A stretch of 10,710 nt of DNA from an archaeon (GTDB lineage Archaea > Iainarchaeota > Iainarchaeia > Iainarchaeales > Iainarchaeaceae): positions 6,121-16,830 of the forward strand of contig JBBSVV010000011.1 in assembly GCA_038046625.1 (NCBI GenBank), written 5' to 3'. Positions within the stretch are counted from its first letter, which is position 1; each line of letters opens with the position of its first letter. A model generated the notes under the pieces. The model was not told where the DNA came from, searched no databases, and saw nothing but the letters and a program-made list of their open reading frames with translations. Positions 6,681 through 10,710 of the stretch are shown here, one piece after another. A program made the position numbers and the translations under genes.

Positions 6681-6908
6681 TCACTCTTTGTGCTTTTCCT
6701 TCAGCGCCTGCGCGTGCTTTTCTGCGGCCTCAAATGCCTTGCGCTCGTGTCCTTCCGCCTTGCTTTCGTGGCGCGCAACAAGCCAGTCTTCGAGAGCGCT
6801 TATGCCCGGAATTTTGCTTTTCCTGCGTCTCTTTTCCTCGGCAATTTTGCGGTGCTCGTCACGCTTCACAATGTTCTCCCTGAACTCGTTGTAATGCTTC
6901 TCCGGCAA
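6681..6908 (-). CDS. Small highly charged helical hypothetical protein
   Basis: TTG start 6 nt after SD AGGTGA; GAAAAAG-CTTATTAA promoter near 6946-6960; E/K/R/H-rich. Confidence 0.7.
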   Translation of the reverse strand: MPEKHYNEFRENIVKRDEHRKIAEEKRRRKSKIPGISALEDWLVARHESKAEGHERKAFEAAEKHAQALKEKHKE

Positions 6909-7007
6909 ACCAAATCACCTATATAGCACAGGAAAGCTTTTTTTCTTAATAAGCTTTTTCCCGCGCAAAGCAAGCCCCTCAGCAACCCCAAAATGGCCCC
7001 GCGGTGC

Positions 7008-7991
7008 TCAGGCGCTTTTTTTCAGCTTTTTTGCCGCAAACCCGATTCCCGATGCGTATAGTGCGGCAAGGTTTGCCGCCACAATGTTCGCAAAGAAAAT
7101 GAACGTCGTGAAAACCGCAAAGGATGCGAACAGCCAGTAATAATTTGCGAGGAAGGCAAGGTATGGCACGCGCTCCGCAATGGAATCGAAGGTAACGAGC
7201 TGCTGCCCATTTTGCTTTTCCCTGATTTGCCGAACCAGTTTTTGCCTTGTTTCCGCGCTGTTTGTGCTCTGCTCTATAAGCGCCATTCTCTGCACGAAAC
7301 CTTTCGACTCCGCGTCATTGTTGTCCCGCAGTGCTTCAAATTCCGGCGTTGAAATTATATCTGAAACCGATTGCTTCCGCGCGTTCAAAAGTATGTCCGC
7401 TGACTGCCCTGAAATCGCGTCAACATTTGCGGGCGAGTAAGCCATCCCCATTACCGCGTCCTTGAAGTCCTGCGAGCCCGCTTCATTGTTCGTGCCAAGG
7501 CCGAACGCAACCGCAACAAACAAAAAAATCCCAAAAATGAGGAAGCCTGTTTTTGCGGAAGCGTAGCCCGTCCTGTAAACCACTAATGTTTTGAACTCCT
7601 CTTTCTTCACAAAGCTGTATTGCACCGCAGCAATAATTCCGGCCGCAAAGCCAGCCGCCACAAAAATTTTTTCCACGGAAAAGCCCGAGAGCGCCAGCAT
7701 TGCAATTATTCCGAGCACGGTTCCTGCAATGGATGCCATGAGCAATTGCTTTTTTTCGAGCGAGTGGCTCAGCCCTGAAACAACGCCAAAGGAAACAGGG
7801 AACAAAAGCGCGAAACCAATGAAGCCCGCACTTGTAATGGCGGATATTATGCCTGCAAAGCCATCATTCGGGTTGAACAATGCGGAAGCGTTCAGCCCGG
7901 TTGACTGGAAAAGCAGGGCGCTTGCGGCTATTGAGAGCGCTATTGCAAGGGCTATTGCGGCCATTTCACGGAGTTCCGGGCCTTTTTCCAT
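7008..7991 (-). CDS. Polytopic membrane protein of unknown function
   Basis: 327-aa ORF with about five N-terminal hydrophobic segments, a ~110-aa soluble helical loop and a C-terminal hydrophobic segment with basic tail. Confidence 0.85.
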   Translation of the reverse strand: MEKGPELREMAAIALAIALSIAASALLFQSTGLNASALFNPNDGFAGIISAITSAGFIGFALLFPVSFGVVSGLSHSLEKKQLLMASIAGTVLGIIAMLALSGFSVEKIFVAAGFAAGIIAAVQYSFVKKEEFKTLVVYRTGYASAKTGFLIFGIFLFVAVAFGLGTNNEAGSQDFKDAVMGMAYSPANVDAISGQSADILLNARKQSVSDIISTPEFEALRDNNDAESKGFVQRMALIEQSTNSAETRQKLVRQIREKQNGQQLVTFDSIAERVPYLAFLANYYWLFASFAVFTTFIFFANIVAANLAALYASGIGFAAKKLKKSA

Positions 7992-8107
7992 ATAGCTTCT
8001 ATAAACGGTTTTGATGTTTAAATGCTTTGCCGGCGGGCCGCTGGTTAAGTATTAAAAAGGTATTCGAAAACACTTAGTAGAGAAGGAAATGCTCTTTCTA
8101 CAATTGT

Positions 8108-8180
8108 GCCTTCGTAGCTCAGCAGGTAGAGCACCCGACTGTTAATCGGGTGGTCGTAGGTTCAAATCCTACCGAAGGCG
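8108..8180 (+). tRNA. tRNA-Asn (GTT), intronless, CCA not encoded
   Basis: Cloverleaf GCCTTCG/CGAAGGC, GCTC/GAGC, CCCGA-CTGTTAA-TCGGG (anticodon 8141-8143), GTAGG-TTCAAAT-CCTAC, discriminator G; 73 nt. Confidence 0.98.
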
Positions 8181-8231
8181 CTCATTTTCATGCTGCGCAC
8201 AGTTATGCTTATTTTTCCAAAAATGAATTCG

Positions 8232-8261
8232 GCTTTCAAGCAATTTTACTTGCTTGAAAGC
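8232..8261 (-). terminator. Perfect 12-bp hairpin with the stop codon of the 50-aa gene in its loop
   Basis: GCTTTCAAGCAA-TTTTAC-TTGCTTGAAAGC. Confidence 0.55.
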
Positions 8262-8398
8262 TTTTTGCTTTTCACGTATACCCAGAGCTTTTTCGTCATT
8301 TCCGAGGGCGCTATTTTGCCCGAACCGAAAACCGATTCCACGCTGTCCGTGCATCCTTTGAAGCAGATGTTGTATCCGCCAAATGCTGGTTTTGCCAT
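8246..8398 (-). CDS. 50-aa basic SWIB/MDM2-like protein (not in the ORF track)
   Basis: MAKPAFGGYNICFKGCTDSVESVFGSGKIAPSEMTKKLWVYVKSKKLSSK*. GGAGG SD 8 nt before ATG; TTTAAATA box at 8466-8459. EMTKKLWxYVKxxxL matches SWIB EVTKKLWxYIKxxxL. Confidence 0.85.
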   Translation of the reverse strand: MAKPAFGGYNICFKGCTDSVESVFGSGKIAPSEMTKKLWVYVKSKKLSSK

Positions 8399-8591
8399 TT
8401 TTTAGTCCTCCCAAAAAGTTTGCATTCAATAAATGCTTCTACAATAAAGACTTTTGATTATTTAAATCTTGCATAGTAGTGCTTTTTGGCAAAAACAGGT
8501 TTTTTGCGGGGCTCTTGCAGTTATCCGCTCTTGTGGGCCGCGGCGGATATGGTAAAAAGAAAAAATAAAAAATAGTTTTTGGCTCGAGACT

Positions 8592-9026
8592 TTACTCAAC
8601 CACTACTTGCCCGAATTTTGTGGCATCGGTGTGGTCGTGGAATCCCCAGCTTCCCTTATCATTGAATGTGAATCTGAAGCTCTCTCCGGGCGGTATGCCC
8701 CTGCAGGCGTCGAAAATGCCTTCCTGCTCTGCAGTTCCGCACTTCTGGATGTCGGAGCCCGGGTAAACCGTGTGGGTCGGGTGCTTTGCCGAAGCCGGCC
8801 ACCTGCCGGTTTCATATGAATTGTTCACCCATTTCACTGTGTCTCCCTGCTTTATGGTGACTTTGCCTGGCGAAAAGCCGTCCGCGGTTATTTCAATTAT
8901 GTATGTCTGCGGATTCTTGTTTTCTGCCGTGGCGCCGTCGCCATTCTGCTGTGCAGCCTGTTGCGTGCAGCCGCTCAGAAAAAGGGCTGCGGCCAAAACT
9001 AGGATTGCAAGCAATTTGGCTTTCAT
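8592..9026 (-). CDS. Cupredoxin/plastocyanin-like lipoprotein
   Basis: Lipobox LSGC; IEITADGFSPGKVTIKQGDTVKWVN; IPPGESFRFTF..KGSWGFHDH..GQVVVE. Confidence 0.88.
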   Translation of the reverse strand: MKAKLLAILVLAAALFLSGCTQQAAQQNGDGATAENKNPQTYIIEITADGFSPGKVTIKQGDTVKWVNNSYETGRWPASAKHPTHTVYPGSDIQKCGTAEQEGIFDACRGIPPGESFRFTFNDKGSWGFHDHTDATKFGQVVVE

Positions 9027-9089
9027 GCATAAGGTTCGCCTAAGTAATTCTTATAAATGCTTCCGTTCCGGCCGATTTTTTTCTGATTA

Positions 9090-9395
9090 TCAGATTACGC
9101 CGATGAAGATGCGGCAGAACTTCTGCTTTGCCGCCTTAAGGCCCGCCTTCCCTTCTTTTGTCAGGCTGTAGCCGATGGTTTTTCCTTTCCTGGATTCCTT
9201 TATGAGCCCCGCCTCCTTCAAATTTTTCAACGCAGGATAAATCGTGCCCGGGCTCGGCTTGCAGCCCTTTCTTTTTTCCAGTTCGGCGGCCAGTTCCTGC
9301 CCATGCATCTTTTTTTTCGAGAGCAGGAAAAGTATCAGAAAACCCAGCATGCCGCGCATGTCGCAGCAATTCTCGCCTTCTTTGTATTTTTTCAT
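9090..9395 (-). CDS. PadR-family winged-helix transcriptional regulator
   Basis: RGMLGFLILFLL..MHGQELAAEL..PSPGTIYPALKNLKEAGLI..YSLTKEGK. ATG 9395 (AAGGA upstream) preferred over TTG 9416. Confidence 0.92.
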   Translation of the reverse strand: MKKYKEGENCCDMRGMLGFLILFLLSKKKMHGQELAAELEKRKGCKPSPGTIYPALKNLKEAGLIKESRKGKTIGYSLTKEGKAGLKAAKQKFCRIFIGVI

Positions 9396-9553
9396 TTCAA
9401 TTTCCTTATGGATCAATAATATGCTTTTGTTTGTTCATGTTATTAATTTCTACCTTTCGGGTAAGTTGCAATAAACTAATATCGAAAGACATTAATTTTG
9501 AAACGACAAATTTTGTATCCGTATTTTTGTCCTTTGCTGTAATGTGTGGTTTG

Positions 9554-10171
9554 TCAGTAACCAAGCTTTTCCTTTACCAATATGAGCTTCACCCTGTTAG
9601 GCGCACCTTCTTTCTCCATTATTACCCATTTTCCTGTCGCACTCCCCATTCCATACGCTTTCCTTGCTCTTTGATCTTCCAGAGGAAAAACATATTCCCT
9701 TACACGCTTCATGGCATCCTCCAAAGAACCGGTTATTTTCTGTGCGCCGGAAACCAATACAAGGTTCTTTGCTGAAAACAAATATGCCCCTACTCTCGAA
9801 CCGCTTGCATCGCAAGCAACCAGTTCCCCTGTCTTTGCAATTGCATTAACGCTACCTAGGAAGTATTCCGCAGTAGTAGCCCCTCTCCTCAAGTCCAGCT
9901 GCTTTGGCCAGTCCTTTTCCTTTAGTATTTCCTCCTGCAAATTTGTCCAACCATGCTTCCCTGATTTTAGGTAATCCACAAAGCCTATATCCATAAGTGT
10001 TGTCGAGGAACCGTTCATAACCTCTGAGCCTTTTGGAATAAGTTCCTTTATTTTGTCCAAAGCATCCTTGCGTGTTTCAACCATAGTTACATCAATCCCT
10101 CTTGCGCGAATATTCTCCATGGTCTCATTTATTGTTTTTTCACCGGGCATCTTCTCCCATTTTGACTCCAT
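9554..10171 (-). CDS. LUD (LutC/YkgG-like) domain protein
   Basis: GSSTTL..IG, YFLGSVNAIAKTGELVACDASGSRV, VSGAQKI..LEDAMKRV, RVKLILVKEKLGY. ATG 10171 follows GGGGGA. Confidence 0.88.
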   Translation of the reverse strand: MESKWEKMPGEKTINETMENIRARGIDVTMVETRKDALDKIKELIPKGSEVMNGSSTTLMDIGFVDYLKSGKHGWTNLQEEILKEKDWPKQLDLRRGATTAEYFLGSVNAIAKTGELVACDASGSRVGAYLFSAKNLVLVSGAQKITGSLEDAMKRVREYVFPLEDQRARKAYGMGSATGKWVIMEKEGAPNRVKLILVKEKLGY

Positions 10172-10204
10172 CAAAAAATCCCCCTGCTTAACCAGTTTAT
10201 TACA

Positions 10205-10260
10205 TATTTGGTGCCCGATACATATAAAAGGCTGGCTGTTTACATATCGTGTACCCGATA
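10205..10260. promoter_or_regulatory. Two imperfect 16-bp palindromic operators flanking a TATA box
   Basis: TATTTGGTGCCCGATA (10205-10220) and TATCGTGTACCCGATA (10245-10260), 40 bp apart, both preceded by TTACA; TATAAAA at 10223-10229 between them. Confidence 0.7.
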
Positions 10261-10292
10261 ACCTCGGGCATCACCAAAAGGAGGGATTAGGA

Positions 10293-10457
10293 ATGGGTTA
10301 CGAATCTGGCTGCGGTTGCGGTTCAGGATACGACAGTTCAAGGAGTTTCCTTACAAAGGAGGAGAAAATAGAGCTTCTCACCGAGTACAAGGATAACCTT
10401 GAGAAGGAAGCGAAGGGAGTTTCCGAAAGGATAAAGGAACTCCAGAAAAATAACTGA
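10293..10457 (+). CDS. 54-aa CGCG-containing coiled-coil protein (DUF5320-like)
   Basis: MGYESGCGCGSGYDSSRSFLTKEEKIELLTEYKDNLEKEAKGVSERIKELQKNN; SD AAGGAGGG at 10278-10285. The track's extension to 10053 overlaps the LUD gene and is unlikely. Confidence 0.85.
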   Translation: MGYESGCGCGSGYDSSRSFLTKEEKIELLTEYKDNLEKEAKGVSERIKELQKNN

Positions 10458-10461
10458 TTTC

Positions 10462-10496
10462 GGGGTTTTTTTGGCCGGTGAAGAGCCGGCCGCCCC
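10462..10496 (+). terminator. T7 tract plus GC hairpin after the DUF5320-like gene
   Basis: TTTTTTT 10466-10472, then GGCCGG-TGAAGAG-CCGGCC (10473-10491). Confidence 0.45.
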
Positions 10497-10638
10497 TGCC
10501 CCACTGCACATTTCTGTTTTTGCGTGATTTTTTCGCCAAATTGCGTGCCGTAATAAGTTTGTGCGCACCGAAAAGCTTTTTTATCTCCGTGATTTTATTG
10601 TGTTATGGCGGATTGCGAAAGTTTTTCGGCATTTATGG

Positions 10639-10693
10639 TGGTTTGCTAGATAGCAAACCATTAAATCCATTGAATTACTTTATTGGTTTGCTA
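10639..10693. promoter_or_regulatory. Perfect palindrome with a third half-site; probable operator
   Basis: TGGTTTGCTA-GA-TAGCAAACCA (10639-10660) and TGGTTTGCTA again at 10684-10693. Confidence 0.55.
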
Positions 10694-10710
10694 TAGCTTG
10701 GTGCTTTTTC

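Noticed and set aside
8302..8317. Resemblance to the tRNA-Asn 3' end (CCGAGGGCGCTATTTT vs CCGAAGGCGCTCATTTT), possible att scar
   Set aside because: Imperfect, lies inside the SWIB-like coding sequence, and no integrase is present.
8169..8429. 86-aa minus and 71-aa plus ORFs from the track
   Set aside because: The first overlaps the tRNA; both lack the signals and family resemblance of the 8246-8398 frame.
10053..10292. N-terminal extension of the 134-aa ORF
   Set aside because: Overlaps the LUD gene and promoter; the SD supports ATG 10293.
10500..10509. CCCACTGCAC shared with the SRP RNA 3' end (5741-5750)
   Set aside because: A 10-nt match is expected by chance in a window this size.

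Overview
Archaeal chromosomal window (PAN proteasome ATPase, FtsZ2-type ftsZ, archaeal SRP RNA, CCA-less tRNA-Asn, TATA promoters). A DPANN-type small genome is my inference from gene style and is not proven. Order: 3' end of an unknown gene; secreted Thr/Gly-linker protein ending in an RlpA-like double-psi beta-barrel; pan, divergent from an M50 site-2 protease; ftsZ2; SRP RNA; atypical kinase-fold protein; small coiled-coil protein; membrane protein; tRNA-Asn; a 50-aa SWIB-like gene missed by the ORF track; cupredoxin lipoprotein, PadR regulator and LUD protein, divergent from a small CGCG coiled-coil protein. Most notable: a possible peptidoglycan-active secreted enzyme in an archaeon, a single-repeat 'half-SWIB' protein, an SRP RNA apparently lacking helix 6, a perfect intrastrand triplex motif, a kinase with His replacing the catalytic Asp, and paired palindromic operators beside the PadR cluster. 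All family calls come from motif recognition by eye; no searches were run.
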